The notes: generated from the letters alone by a model not told the origin. DNA of 63,803 nucleotides, filler included, from Octopus bimaculoides (GCF_001194135.2; 3 parts of 3 records of this genome joined end to end with filler, not necessarily neighbours in it), one strand, 5' to 3'; positions 36,428-49,808 are shown, counted from the first letter of the whole stretch. Made by a program: numbers and translations.

Positions 36428-38344
36428 GTTAAACTAAAACTAAAAAGAAGTGGGAATACTAAAAACTGGTCCCTGACAGACCAGATAAATGCTCATCAGA
36501 GCTGGACATATTGCTAACAAATACCTCGTTGACAATAACTATGAAGACAACTTACACGACTCTTCATCTATCACTTTTGGTGACCACTTAACAATAGATC
36601 ATGGAACCGTCTCTCAGACAAATGCAAGGTATAATGTCTTATTTTAAATTAAGAACTTTTCTAGTCGTCTCACTAAAAAAATGGCGCCAGTAGTAGACCG
36701 AACTGGCATAAACTCAAGGCATAAACTCAAATTGCATCTCATCTCAGCTAATTATCTTGCTAATTAGCTGTTCCGTAACTCTGCTATTTTCATTACATGG
36801 TCTATCAGCATTTTCACACTTTTTTCTTCATGGTGTTGATGAGNNNNNNNNNNNNNNNNNNNNNNNNNNNNNNNNNNNNNNNNNNNNNNNNNNNNNNNNN
36901 NNNNNNNNNNNNNNNNNNNNNNNNNNNNNNNNNNNNNNNNNNNATATATATATGCATATATACTTATACGTGTATGTGTGTGTATATATACACACTCACG
37001 CACGCATATTCAATTTATACCGACACTACTCTGGTGTTCGTAATGTCACACCTCTGACCCACATGTTACAGATCATATGCATATTTGATATCTAGTTCTT
37101 CTTGCATTTTACCTGTCATTGTTCCTTATTCCTATTCATTCCTTCCATTCTTTCCAGACATATCTCTTAGTTATTATAGCTCTTGGTACCGTTCGATCAT
37201 AATTTCTCTTATCACATGGTTGAAACGTTGCTTCACTTACCGATCTAATATTTGGTATTCACCAGTTGTCTACTAGAAATTCCCAGTTGTCCTCCATGTT
37301 TTGAATCTATATTCTCTCACTTGCCACAAATATCGCTTTGTATTTCTTTTGAAGTGTTTGCGTGTGTGTGTGTGTGCGTGCGTGTGTGTGTGTGCGTGCG
37401 TGTGTGTGTGTGCGTGCGTGCGTGTATGTATATATATTCATATATATATATATATATATGTATANNNNNNNNNNNNNNNNNNNNNNNNNNNNNNNNNNNN
37501 NNNNNNNNNNNNNNNNNNNNNNNNNNNNNNNNNNNNNNNNNNNNNNNNNNNNNNNNNNNNNNNNNNNNNNNNNNNNNNNNNNNNNNNNNNNNNNNNNNNN
37601 NNNNNNNNNNNNNNNNNNNNNNNNNNNNNNNNNNNNNNNNNNNNNNNNNNNNNNNNNNNNNNNNNNNNNNNNNNNNNNNNNNNNNNNNNNNNNNNNNNNN
37701 NNNNNNNNNNNNNNNNNNNNNNNNNNNNNNNNNNNNNNNNNNNNNNNNNNNNNNNNNNNNNNNNNNNNNNNNNNNNNNNNNNNNNNNNNNNNNNNNNNNN
37801 NNNNNNNNNNNNNNNNNNNNNNNNNNNNNNNNNNNNNNNNNNNNNNNNNNNNNNNNNNNNNNNNNNNNNNNNNNNNNNNNNNNNNNNNNNNNNNNNNNNN
37901 NNNNNNNNNNNNNNNNNNNNNNNNNNNNNNNNNNNNNNNNNNNNNNNNNNNNNNNNNNNNNNNNNNNNNNNNNNNNNNNNNNNNNNNNNNNNNNNNNNNN
38001 NNNNNNNNNNNNNNNNNNNNNNNNNNNNNNNNNNNNNNNNNNNNNNNNNNNNNNNNNNNNNNNNNNNNNNNNNNNNNNNNNNNNNNNNNNNNNNNNNNNN
38101 NNNNNNNNNNNNNNNNNNNNNNNNNNNNNNNNNNNNNNNNNNNNNNNNNNNNNNNNNNNNNNNNNNNNNNNNNNNNNNNNNNNNNNNNNNNNNNNNNNNN
38201 NNNNNNNNNNNNNNNNNNNNNNNNNNNNNNNNNNNNNNNNNNNNNNNNNNNNNNNNNNNNNNNNNNNNNNNNNNNNNNNNNNNNNNNNNNNNNNNNNNNN
38301 NNNNNNNNNNNNNNNNNNNNNNNNNNNNNNNNNNNNNNNNNNNN

Positions 38345-38407
<63 letters not shown>

Positions 38408-38633
38408 ACTCACACACACGCTTGTGAGCGCGCACTCATTTTATGTGGGCAACAAAAATAACGATAGAAAGAATTTGAGAAAAAAGAAAATTTATGTTTA
38501 ATGGAAATGTGGATTGCAGTACAAAAAATAAAAAATAAAAAATAAAAAATAATAAAAAACAGTAGCAGCAGCAAGAACATCAAGAACAACATCAGTGGCA
38601 AAAAACAACAGCAACAAGAACAACAACAAAATC

Positions 38634-38665
<32 letters not shown>

Positions 38666-38964
38666 CAGTAGCCTTACTGTGATTAATGCCTGTTAAGAGA
38701 AGCAAAACAGGAAATTGTTTTGCATTGTTTAGCCTAATCCCTTATCCCATCCACACCGTAATTATTCGTGTTGTTGTTACTGTGGTTGATGTTGTCATTG
38801 TTGTAGTTGTCACTGTTGCTGCTGTTTTTCATATTGGAGAGCGGTTGTTTGGCAGAATCATAAGTGTCGAATTTAACTCTCTGGATGTTCTGGGTTCAAT
38901 AATGCCAAAGTTAACCTCGTCCGTCATCTCTCAGGAGTCGATAAAATATAATACNNNNNNNNNN

Positions 38965-39145
38965 AAAAAAAAACAACAGACGAAGACGGGTGGTGTAAAC
39001 AACAAATGGATGTATTAGTTTAACGCTCGGGAATAGAGAAAGTCTTTGACGTTTCGAGCCTACGTTCTTCAACTGAAAGGAACACAGAAAGAAATAAGGA
39101 GAGAAACAAGGAGTAAAAAATATAAATGTAGTGGTCAATCGACTT
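38965..39145 (-). mobile_element. Penelope-like pseudo-LTR relic (same family as 21-215)
   Basis: Reverse complement reads CCTTT-CAGTTGA-A-GAAC-GTAG-GCTC-GAAACGTC-AAAG (39041-39080). Confidence 0.55.
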
Positions 39146-40379
39146 CCCCTCTTCTTGTCTTGTTCCAATATTAGAAACAATTATTATTGGAAATTAAGAA
39201 AATCTCGAACGCCGTCGAACAGCTGTGAAAACAGCTTCAGAAAATCTGGTAGAAATACCCTTATAAGACGGAGAAAAGTGGTCAGCTGCCGTTACCGAGA
39301 TTTGAACTCTGTACCTCTCAAATTCCGGCTGTGCGCTCTGTACTCAGGGGTCGATTAGTTCAATGGTACAGAGCCCTTAACCAGGATTTCAGATGTACAG
39401 AGGTCGATTCTATGTAGAGGCTTTTGGTCACATTTTCCCGTCTATTGGAATATTTTTTCCGATTTTCTAAAGCTGTTTTCACAGCTATTCTTCTATGTCC
39501 GAGATTTTCCTAATTTCTAAAAATATGTCACACACTCGACCTTCCATGTTTGTTCGAAAAAAACCATTATTGGATAGGTGGAATCATAGGCGCGTCGGAC
39601 AAAAATGTCTTGCGGCATTGGTTTCAGCTCTTTACGTTTCGTATTAAAATCGCGCTGAGAGCAACTTTGCATTTTATACTTTCGGAGTCAGTGAAATAAA
39701 GTAACAGACAAATTCTGAAGTATATATATTCGCTTAATCACTAACCACTACAAGTTTCTGGACATGTGTCTATGTTACAGATTATTAGTATCAACACTGT
39801 TGTTGCTGTTGGTACGTTCTGCCTGGTACACTCTCAGCTCTTTCGGAAAATATTTTCCTTGTCTAAATTCATATTTTATAGTGCAAAGGAAATACCTGTT
39901 GATAAAAGAGTAAAGAGATCAGCTCATGTCATAATTGGATCTGTTGATTTAACAGTTAATTTTAAAAGTACTATAATTAAAAAAACAAAAACAAAAGGGG
40001 TTCTTAATGAGGATAAAAATTGCATATGTTTCAGTTTGACAAGAAAGTTTCAAATTGGAAAAAAAAAAGAAAAAAAAGAAAGGAAGAAAAAAGAAAAGAG
40101 TTGTGTTGCATGAAATTATCAACATGTTTACATTTACCGAGCGGTTCAGACTTAGTAAGTAAATATATCACTAACTCTAGTGAATTTCTAAGGCTCAACC
40201 TTTTCTTTGTCGCTATGTATATAAGATCTAGATATGTTAACGGTTTTTCATTTGATATTATAATTTGCTGCTTTTCCTTTTAAAGATTAAATACAACCTT
40301 GTGGCGTGTCAGTTATCATTGTTTGTGAAAGTGAACGTGTGAATGTAAACTCTTTTTTTGAATGTTTCTTCTCTCATAC

Positions 40380-41170
40380 TATTGTAGTGTTTCATTGTGA
40401 TGCCAAGTCTTGTGTTTAATCTCTGTCTCATGTATTGTCTGTCTTATATATGATGAGTTCTGCATTGCAGGCTCCAGTCGGCGGACATGTAACGGTGTTT
40501 TTACGTGAGTAACTGGGTTCAGGAAAAGAGGTTGGCATATTGGATATAATTTGTTTCATATGGCTATATTGGCTGAATAGTTTTCTCTATTTATAGCTAG
40601 TGGGGAGGTGCTTATCTATTTAACCGAGGGACGTTTTTGTTATGTTCGAGTTAACGGTTAGCAAATAAGGGTATAAACCAACTAGCACTTCGATGCCTTT
40701 CTTTTCTTGCAAAGCACTTGGTATTGTGGGATACTTAAATTAATCTTTGAAACCGTTCGTTTCTAAGACTTCTTTATAATATATGGTTACCTTGTCAAAA
40801 ACCTTTTTATACTACTGATATGCTTTTGAGCTCTCATAGTGGATATTATTAGCCCGTGTTTATATGAGTTTTACTTTTGACTTTCTTTGTACGAGCAAGT
40901 GTATATATATCTAGGATGGCATCCAAGAAATTAGCTGTGCTCCTTTTACTTTTAAAATGATTTTGTAGCAGGAGTTGATGTATAATCCTTTGCATTTAAT
41001 GAGATAGCTTGTATATCACCTAAATGCAGCCCAAAGTAAATAAAAATGAACTTTTGATTTACGTTCTTTAAGATATACAATATCACATGATCGCATATTA
41101 CAGTACCATCTAAAAATTCGATGCTTATACGAAGCTCAGTCCTCTTTCTGTCTATCAAATACATCAAAAG
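40380..41170 (-). mobile_element. Heavily decayed Penelope-like RT/thumb remnant
   Basis: Minus-strand pieces ANFLDAILDI and KTHINTG followed by a YP motif. Weak similarity only. Confidence 0.4.
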
Positions 41171-42121
41171 TTTCTTTTTTTTTTTTCACATGCAGCCATT
41201 TTTTTTGGTCTTTTATTTCTTCTCTGTTTCAGTAATTGGACTGCAGGCATCGTGAAGGGTTTAGTCCAACAAATCATACCCCACCCAACACACCTACTTA
41301 TTTTAAGTCCAGTACCTTATAATACAGGCTACATTTGTCGAATCGCTNNNNNNNNNNNNNNNNNNNNNNNNNNNNNNNNNNNNNNNNNNNNNNNNNNNNN
41401 NNNNNNNNNNNNNNNNNNNNNNNNNNNNNNNNNNNNNNNNNNNNNNNNNNNNNNNNNNNNNNNNNNNNNNNNNNNNNNNNNNNNNNNNNNNNNNNNNNNN
41501 NNNNNNNNNNNNNNNNNNNNNNNNNNNNNNNNNNNNNNNNNNNNNNNNNNNNNNNNNNNNNNNNNNNNNNNNNNNNNNNNNNNNNNNNNNNNNNNNNNNN
41601 NNNNNNNNNNNNNNNNNNNNNNNNNNNNNNNNNNNNNNNNNNNNNNNNNNNNNNNNNNNNNNNNNNNNNNNNNNNNNNNNNNNNNNNNNNNNNNNNNNNN
41701 NNNNNNNNNNNNNNNNNNNNNNNNNNNNNNNNNNNNNNNNNNNNNNNNNNNNNNNNNNNNNNNNNNNNNNNNNNNNNNNNNNNNNNNNNNNNNNNNNNNN
41801 NNNNNNNNNNNNNNNNNNNNNNNNNNNNNNNNNNNNNNNNNNNNNNNNNNNNNNNNNNNNNNNNNNNNNNNNNNNNNNNNNNNNNNNNNNNNNNNNNNNN
41901 NNNNNNNNNNNNNNNNNNNNNNNNNNNNNNNNNNNNNNNNNNNNNNNNNNNNNNNNNNNNNNNNNNNNNNNNNNNNNNNNNNNNNNNNNNNNNNNNNNNN
42001 NNNNNNNNNNNNNNNNNNNNNNNNNNNNNNNNNNNNNNNNNNNNNNNNNNNNNNNNNNNNNNNNNNNNNNNNNNNNNNNNNNNNNNNNNNNNNNNNNNTA
42101 TATATAGATAGATAGATAGAT

Positions 42122-42156
<35 letters not shown>

Positions 42157-42180
42157 TACATACATACATACACACGCACG

Positions 42181-42211
<31 letters not shown>

Positions 42212-42329
42212 ACACACACACACACACATGTATATTTGTAGAGGTTGCAAGAGGTATTTGTCATCGTTAGTAATTTAATAAACCAGCTCTAATCTAGCAA
42301 TTACCAAATGTATTTCTTATAAAAATCAG

Positions 42330-43330
42330 TGCACGTCTCCTCGATAAGGTTTCTTGTAAAGTTATTCCAAGAATCTTCAGCTTCAGCGACTGCTTCAATG
42401 CTGGACCGGAATTGTTGACATGTCTGTACCAAATGATCCTCTTTCATTGAGGATATTACTTGCACAATGGCTTCCTTCAGTGAAGATATGGTATTGTGAG
42501 GATGTTGTTTAGTTTCCTTTTCAACAAAGCTCCAAACACATGGGATTTAAATCAGGTGGTTTTGGAAACTGAATGTTTGGTGTCATATGATCGTAATGAT
42601 TGTCTGATATCCGTTCTTGTGTCATGCGGGCTTTGTGAGAAAGTGTTCAGTCTTGTTGAAATATGTATAGCATTTCAATAAGTATTTCCTCCATGCAGGG
42701 CTTGACAAATATCTCCAGCACCTCAACATACTCAACAGCATAATTCTATCATACTATAGAGAAAGATGTGAGCTGGTATGACGTGAATTTCGATGTTTAT
42801 CGCTCCTAAAACCGTCACAGTTGCTGGAAACTTAGCATCGATCATTCTGGGAACATCCGAAAGACCTGCCCATAAAGTAGCTGTTAGACTTTTGGTCTTT
42901 ATCATGTTCATGAGATATGTTAACCATATTAATTAACCGGTCGGCAAGGATCAAACATTTCCTCTTTATCTTTGCAGACATGAACTGTTTCTCTTCGGTA
43001 CGTACGACTTATATCCAATTTCAGTCCACTCCAACACCCGAAGTTTCTTGAAGATGGCTCTCATTGATTTTTCAGGATCATTATCGATGATGCATTGAAT
43101 CCGTAAGTTGAATTGCAATATCCTTATAGTGTCCAAACATTTAGAATGCGTTCTTTTTTTCTTTTTGATGCAGTAAAATTAGAAGCTTTTGCCTTTCAAT
43201 TAAGCCATGTCAAAACTTTGTGAGCAAATGATCTTGTAACATTTAAAAAGCTGGTAATTTCTAAATTGTTGTGTTCCACACAAATGGCAAAAATGACCAG
43301 GTTGTTTTTTTCATTTCTTGTGTTAGCAAA
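42330..43330 (-). mobile_element. Tc1/mariner-superfamily transposase remnant (maT-like)
   Basis: Minus strand: KFPATVTVLGAI, DHMTPNIQFPKPPDLNP (WPPSSPDLNP-like), CQQFRSSIEAVAEAE. D-spacing not countable by eye. Confidence 0.8.
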
Positions 43331-44199
43331 GTGTCTGCTATGAAGGATCTGAGAGGAATAGAAAAAAGCCATTTAATTGGTTTGAAGAGACTAATATGTT
43401 GTTAATTAAGAGACTTCAAATATCGCTCGCACCCGGCGTGTGTGTGTGCTCACCCACACCTATGTACATACATACATACATACATACATGCATACATGCA
43501 TACATGCTATCGTACATACATACACACACATACAGGCATTCGTACATGCACATATACATGCTTACAAACATACATGCTATCATATATACACACACATATA
43601 TATACATCTATACATACATATATGCATACACACATACACACACATATATATACATCTATACATACATATATGCATACATACATACATACATATATTAATG
43701 CATGCATACATACACACATGCTATCATACATACATACACGCAATCATACATACATGCATACATAAGTACGTACGTACATACACATATACATATATTCACA
43801 CACATACATACACACATACAGATTTGTGTGTGTGTGTGTGTCTGTGTGCATACACGAGTGTATTACTTTGCTTATGTATGTACAAAAGATCAAGCCCGTG
43901 TGTATGCATTTGCAACGTTTCGTAAACATAATTCTATTGTTTACATGGCTTCATTCACGGGATATCCGTGTCAACAGCAACAATAGCAACAACAGCAGCA
44001 GCAGCAACAAGAAGAAGAACAACAACAAGTTCAGGCAACATTGAGAATGATAATTCTCACTGGAAATAAGTGTGGTGTGTTGAAAGGGGTGGGGTGTAGT
44101 GTCGTAGACTGTCTGAAATATCATCAGCGCATGATAGCAGACAAGTGCAGATGGCAGCGTGAATAAATGGTAAATAATACAGAAGCCAGGAGATAGAAG

Positions 44200-44925
44200 A
44201 ACAAGGTGAAATAGAAAGAGAAGTAGGTGGAGGTGGAAGAAGTGAAAGAGTAGAGGAATGAGGAGGAGTAAGAGGAGGTGGAAGAGAAAAAGGAGAGCGA
44301 AGACGAGGACGAGAGCAGCATCGCCAGCAATATAACAACAACAACAACATCAACACCAACGAAGTAAGAATTAAGAGATAGAATTCAAAAGATGGCAGAG
44401 TAAAATATAGAACGAAGGATATATAGGTGTCAGTAGTAGTAGTAGCAGTAGTGGTGGTGGTGGTGGTGGTGGTGGTGGTGATTGTAATAATGGCTGTAGT
44501 GATGGTGGTGGTCATAGTAGTAGTGGGGGTAATGGTAATGGTGGTAGTTGTAATAGTAGTAGTAGTAGTGGTGGTGGTAGAGGTGGTGATGGCGGTGGTA
44601 ATGGTGGTGTTGGTGTTGGTGATAATGATAGTGGCTATAGTAGTAGTAGTAGTAGCAGTAGCAGTAGTAGTTATGATGGTAGTAGTGGTGGTGATTGTAG
44701 TGGTGGCAGTGGTGGTGGTGGCGGTAGTAGTAGTAGTAGTATAATAGTAGTAGTGGTATTATTATTATTAGTAGTAGTATTAGTAGGAGTAGTGGTAGTA
44801 GTAGTTTAGTAGTAGTAGTGGTGGTGGTGGTAGTAGTAGTATTAGTATTAGTAGTAGTGTTAGCCTTGGCGGTTGTGGTGGTGGTGGTGGTAGTAGTAGT
44901 GGTAGTAGTAGTAATAGTTGTTGCT
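44200..44925. repeat. Low-complexity trinucleotide region (GAG/AAC, then GTA/GTG/GGT)
   Basis: Degenerate trinucleotide arrays that produce poly-V, poly-T and poly-H pseudo-ORFs. Confidence 0.9.
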
Positions 44926-44959
44926 TCATATTTTGACAAAAGGCCGGCTATATTAGAAA

Positions 44960-45142
44960 AGAAATTTAGTCAATTCCATTGTTCCCAGTACTCAAATGGT
45001 ACTTTATTTTATTGCTGCCGCCCCAATTAAGGAAAGGTCAAATTTACCATCACGGGATTTGAACTCAGAACGTAGCGACGGGCGAAATACGCTAAGCATT
45101 TCGTCCAGCGTGCTAACATTTCTGCCAGTTCGCCGCCTTACC

Positions 45143-45184
<42 letters not shown>

Positions 45185-45650
45185 CCTTTCTACTATAAGC
45201 ACAAGGCCCGAAATTTTGGGGGAGGGATAAGTCGATTAGATCGACCCCAGTACTCGACTGGTACTTAATTTATCGATCCCTAAAAGATGAAAGGCAAAGT
45301 CGACCTCGGCGGAATTTGAACTCAGAACGTGGTGACAGACGAAATACCGCTAAGCATTTCGCCCGGCGCGCTAACGATTCTGCCAGCTCGCCGCCTTAGT
45401 ATCAACAAGAACAAGAACAACAACAACAACAACAACAACAACGACAACGACAACAACAACAATAATAATAATGGCTTAAAATTTTGGCACAAAGCCATCA
45501 AATTCAGGAGGTGTTACATTGATAATATCAACTCCAGTATTCAACTGGTACTTATTTCATCGATCCCGAAAGGATGAAAGGCAAAGTTGACCTCAGTAAA
45601 ATTTGAACAAGGAACGTAAAGACAGACGAAATACCGCTAAGCTGGTGTAC
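44960..45650 (-). mobile_element. Three tandem SINE family B copies separated by (AAT)n and (AAC)n tails
   Basis: Copies at about 44960-45140, 45190-45398 and 45478-45645. Confidence 0.9.
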
Positions 45651-46344
45651 TAACAGAAGAAGCCATATTAAAACCCAAGAAATGTGCGTTTATAAAAAAT
45701 ACAAGGGGGAGGGGAACTCTTATTTATTCATATTCTCACACAAATAGGGTTCTTACTCAATCTTCCAATGTCTTCTATTGTCCTAAATCGCATTTATTTT
45801 TCATCAACCATAACGTTATAACGGCTCTACCAATTTGACGCCTTCAAAACACAACAACAACAATAATAAAGAAGAAAAGAAAGAAAAGATGAAGGAAAAA
45901 AGTAGACAAGGTTGAAGAAGGTTGGAAAGAAGAGAAGGAAGAAGTAGACAAACAACGGGAAAAAAGTGCTTATTTATTATGCTCGTTGCTGCAACATAAT
46001 TATGTGTCATTGGTGAGAGAAAAGAGAATGGCTACGGAAATTAAAACTTCTGGAATGGCTTGATTTGTTTGCCTTTGGTTTATTTTCAGTAGCAACTTGT
46101 ATAACTTACGAATCCCTATTTTCATTCGCTACCATTTGTCTTCCGTTTTACATGTGTCGATGTATTCTAGTAACTGGCCAGTACTTATATTATTGTCAGT
46201 TCTCAGAAGGATGAACTGCTAAGTTGATTTCAGCAGGATTTTCATTCAGAAAATAAAGGGCCGTGACTTAATTACGCAAATAATTTGACCAACGCTGTAG
46301 CATTTCTACTGATATAAAGGCTAGGTTTGGCGGTGTAAATAATA

Positions 46345-46600
46345 AATAAATGCGCCCTTTTAAAGCCTAGCCAGGCTCATGGGCCCGGTTTCCCGGTTTC
46401 AATGGCGTACGTGTTCCCCCGCTGGACGAGACGCCAGTCCATCGCAGCGTTACTCATTTTTGCCAGCTGAGTGGACTGGAGCAACGTGAACTGAAGTGTT
46501 TTGCTCAAGAACACAACGAGTCGCCCGGTCCAGGAATCGAAACCACAATCTTACGATCATGATGCTGATATCCTAACCACTAAACCACGCGCCTCCACGT
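46345..46600 (-). mobile_element. tRNA-headed SINE with V-domain-like core
   Basis: Minus strand: GGCGCGTGGTTTAGTGGTTAGG...TTTCGATTCC head, and GCGATGGACTGGCGTCTCGTCCAG resembling the V-SINE central domain. Confidence 0.75.
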
Positions 46601-47287
46601 TTGGTTGTGTAGTTACACAGATTTAAGGGGCGCAATCGTCCAAAGCTGACTATGCATTTGTACATGCGTATAGAGGTCTGTGTAAGATTTTTTTTGAGGA
46701 ATGCTAGCATCGATGACAATCTAAGGAAATGGCTTCCACCCTAGTACTAGTATCGTCAAAGACAATGCTGTCAAGACACAAAGAGTTGAGAAAATGCCAC
46801 AAGGTATTTCATCAGTCCTGCCCTTTAATAGTTACGTCAATTCAATTAATTTGGGTTGGTACGCATACATATGGATGCACACGAAGAGATGTAACATTTG
46901 TTCCTAACATTGAAGGTCCAACGGATCTGTAACGATTTCGATGGAAGGCAGCTTGAATTAATAAGTAAATCTCCTTTAAATCACTCACACATACACATAT
47001 ATTTTATCAGGGGCTTTAACTTCTTCAAATGTTACTCTGAGGTTTTGTATTTCAATAGTTAAATGTATTACATGATTTATGTAGGGCAACTAAATATATG
47101 TATGTGTGAAACTTTTTTATAACGCATTTTTGGGCAAGCTTTCACATACTGTCGACAAATAATATTTTGATTTGTATAAAAATGTCGGATATATATATTT
47201 CTTCAAATATTGTTAATAATCACAAAATCTTTTTACCTATGGATTGGAGACGTGAAACTGAGTTGCGAAAATGAAGTGTCACATGAA

Positions 47288-47430
47288 TACCTACCTACCT
47301 ACCTACCTACCTACCTACCTACCTACCTACCTACCTACCTACCTACCTACCAACCTACCAACCTACCTACCTACCTACCTACCTACCTACCTACATATCT
47401 ACCTCGCTACCTCGCTACCTACCTACATAT
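47288..47430. repeat. (CCTA)n microsatellite
   Basis: Direct tetranucleotide array. Confidence 0.95.
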
Positions 47431-47476
47431 ATACATATATCCATACAAACATACATATATACATATATGCTTCTAA

Positions 47477-47677
47477 TATAGAATAAATTTTTTTTCAAAA
47501 ATTTCATCAAGTGGCCAGCATATTAAAATACGATTTAAAGTCTATTTCTCAGCATATTGGCATAGAAAAATTTTTATCTTTTGCTCTTTTTTACAATTGT
47601 TTATAATTTTCACCTTTAAAGGTATTTTAATATGCTGGCCACTTGATGAAATTTTTGAAAAAAAAATTTATCCTATA
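47477..47677. mobile_element. MITE-like element with 55 bp near-perfect TIRs
   Basis: 47477-47531 versus the reverse complement of 47622-47677: one mismatch and one homopolymer indel. Confidence 0.8.
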
Positions 47678-47679
47678 GT

Positions 47680-48092
47680 CGCAGGATTGGCTGTGTGGTA
47701 AGTAGCTTGCTTACCAACCACATGGTTCCGGGTTCATTCTCACTGCGTGGCATCTTGGGCAAGTGTCTTCTACTATAGCCTCGAGCCGACCAGAGCGTTG
47801 TGAGTGGATTTGGTTGACAGAAACTGAAAGAAGCCCGTCGTATATATATGTATGTGTGTGTATATGTATGTGTGTGTATATGTTTGTGTGTCTGTGTTTG
47901 TCTCCCCAGCATCGCTTGACAACCGATGGTGGTGTGTTTACGTCTCGCAACTTAGTGGCTCGGTATAAGAGACCGATAGAATAAGTACTAGGTTTCCAAA
48001 GAATAAGTCCTGGGTCGATTTGCTCGACTAAAAGGCGATGCTCCAGCATGGCCGCAGTCAAATTACTGAAACAAGTAAAAGAGTAAAAGAGT
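47680..48092 (+). mobile_element. Full-length SINE family A
   Basis: tRNA-like head, CORE-like GGCATCTTGGGCAAGTGTCTT, internal TA/TG tract, tail CCAGCATGGCCGCAGTCAAATTACTGAAACAAGTAAAAGAGTAAAAGA. Confidence 0.92.
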
Positions 48093-48290
48093 ATATTAGA
48101 AGTAAATTTATTATCATTCACTTCGGGACTGGTGACCACTCTAAGTTGTGGTTCCTGACCGATTACACGTGAGCTGAGGTTCGCTACGGAATTTTTATAT
48201 TTAGATATATTTGGGGTACTTATGTGTACACATGACTTTTGCTTTTGCTTTTTTCCATGGGTGCTTGTAAGTATTTCATTTATATCTTAT

Positions 48291-48359
48291 CGTATTCTCT
48301 ACTGATGAGGGGAAAATCCGTTGGATTAGTCCCGAAATTGATTCAATATAGAGATAACG
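48291..48359 (+). ncRNA. Type I hammerhead ribozyme (predicted self-cleavage after A48348)
   Basis: Stem I TCTCTA(48296-48301)/TAGAGA(48349-48354). Core CTGATGA 48302-48308. Stem II GGGG/TCCC plus AATCC/GGATT. GAAA 48334-48337. Stem III ATTG/CAAT. NUH triplet AUA. Confidence 0.8.
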
Positions 48360-48627
48360 CATTAAAAAAAAATTCCGTTAGCTTGCTTTCCTCGATTTCA
48401 ACACGTTGTGTATTTATAGTGATGTATATTGTATGTTGTGATTGACGATTTAAATTCTATTTCTCAGCATATTGGCATAGAAATCTTTTTTCTTTTGCCC
48501 TTGTTTATAATTGTATATACATACATACATACATACATGCATACATACATACCTATTTTCATACATATATTGTATGTGTGTGGGTGGATATATAGATATA
48601 TGCACACATGTATATTTGTGTCTGTGT

Positions 48628-48683
<56 letters not shown>

Positions 48684-49007
48684 NNNNNNNNNNNNNNNNN
48701 NNNNNNNNNNNNNNNNNNNNNNNNNNNNNNNNNNNNNNNNNNNNNNNNNNNNNNNNNNNNNNNNNNNNNNNNNNNNNNNNNNNNNNNNNNNNNNNNNNNN
48801 NNNNNNNNNNNNNNNNNNNNNNNNNNNNNNNNNNNNNNNNNNNNNNNNNNNNNNNNNNNNNNNNNNNNNNNNNNNNNNNNNNNNNNNNNNNNNNNNNNNN
48901 NNNNNNNNNNNNNNNNNNNNNNNNNNNNNNNNNNNNNNNNNNNNNNNNNNNNNNNNNNNNNNNNNNNNNNNNNNNNNNNNNNNNNNNNNNNNNNNNNNNN
49001 NNNNNNN

Positions 49008-49055
<48 letters not shown>

Positions 49056-49404
49056 TACACGCGTAGAAATGCAGAATTATCAAACACCATACACTATAAA
49101 TTGTTGATTTGTTAAAAGTTATTTATTGTCTTATTGTTTAATTACACTAATTACTTAGGGCATAAACGTATTCTATTCTTTTTGTATAAGTTTATGCCAC
49201 TTAGCTGTTGGGGTTAAGATAGAACAATTGTCATGCTAATGACATCTATTGAGGTGGAAACAAGTCCAGAACTGTCTTGGTTTATCAACTTTGGAGGATT
49301 TTCGGCTCTTGAGATTATCTCCCCTTCTCAAAAGGAGCTGATCTTAATTTCCATTTGGCACTTATGGTACATTCTCTAGAGGTGGAAATAGTTAATATCT
49401 CTCA

Positions 49405-49808
49405 TTTACTCATTTACTTGTTTCAGTCATTTGACAGTGGCCATGCTGGAGCACCGCCTTTTTTAGTCGAGCTAATCGACCGCAGGACTTATTCTTTGGA
49501 AGCCTAGTACTTATTCTATCGGTCTCTTTTGCCGAACCGCTAAGTTACGGGGACGTAAACATACCAGCATCGGTTGTCAAGCGATGTTGGGGGAACAAAC
49601 ACAGACACAAACACGCACACATATATATACATATACATATATACGACGGGCTTCTTTCAGTTTCCGTCTGCCAAATCCACTCGCAAGGCTTTGGTTGATC
49701 TGAGGCTATAGTAGAAGACACTTGCCCAAGGTGCCACTCAGTGGGTCTGAACCCGGAACCATGTCGTTGGTGAGCATGCTACTTACCACACAGCCACTCC
49801 TACGCCTA
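49405..49808 (-). mobile_element. Full-length SINE family A
   Basis: Reverse complement of 47680-48092 along its whole length. Confidence 0.92.
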
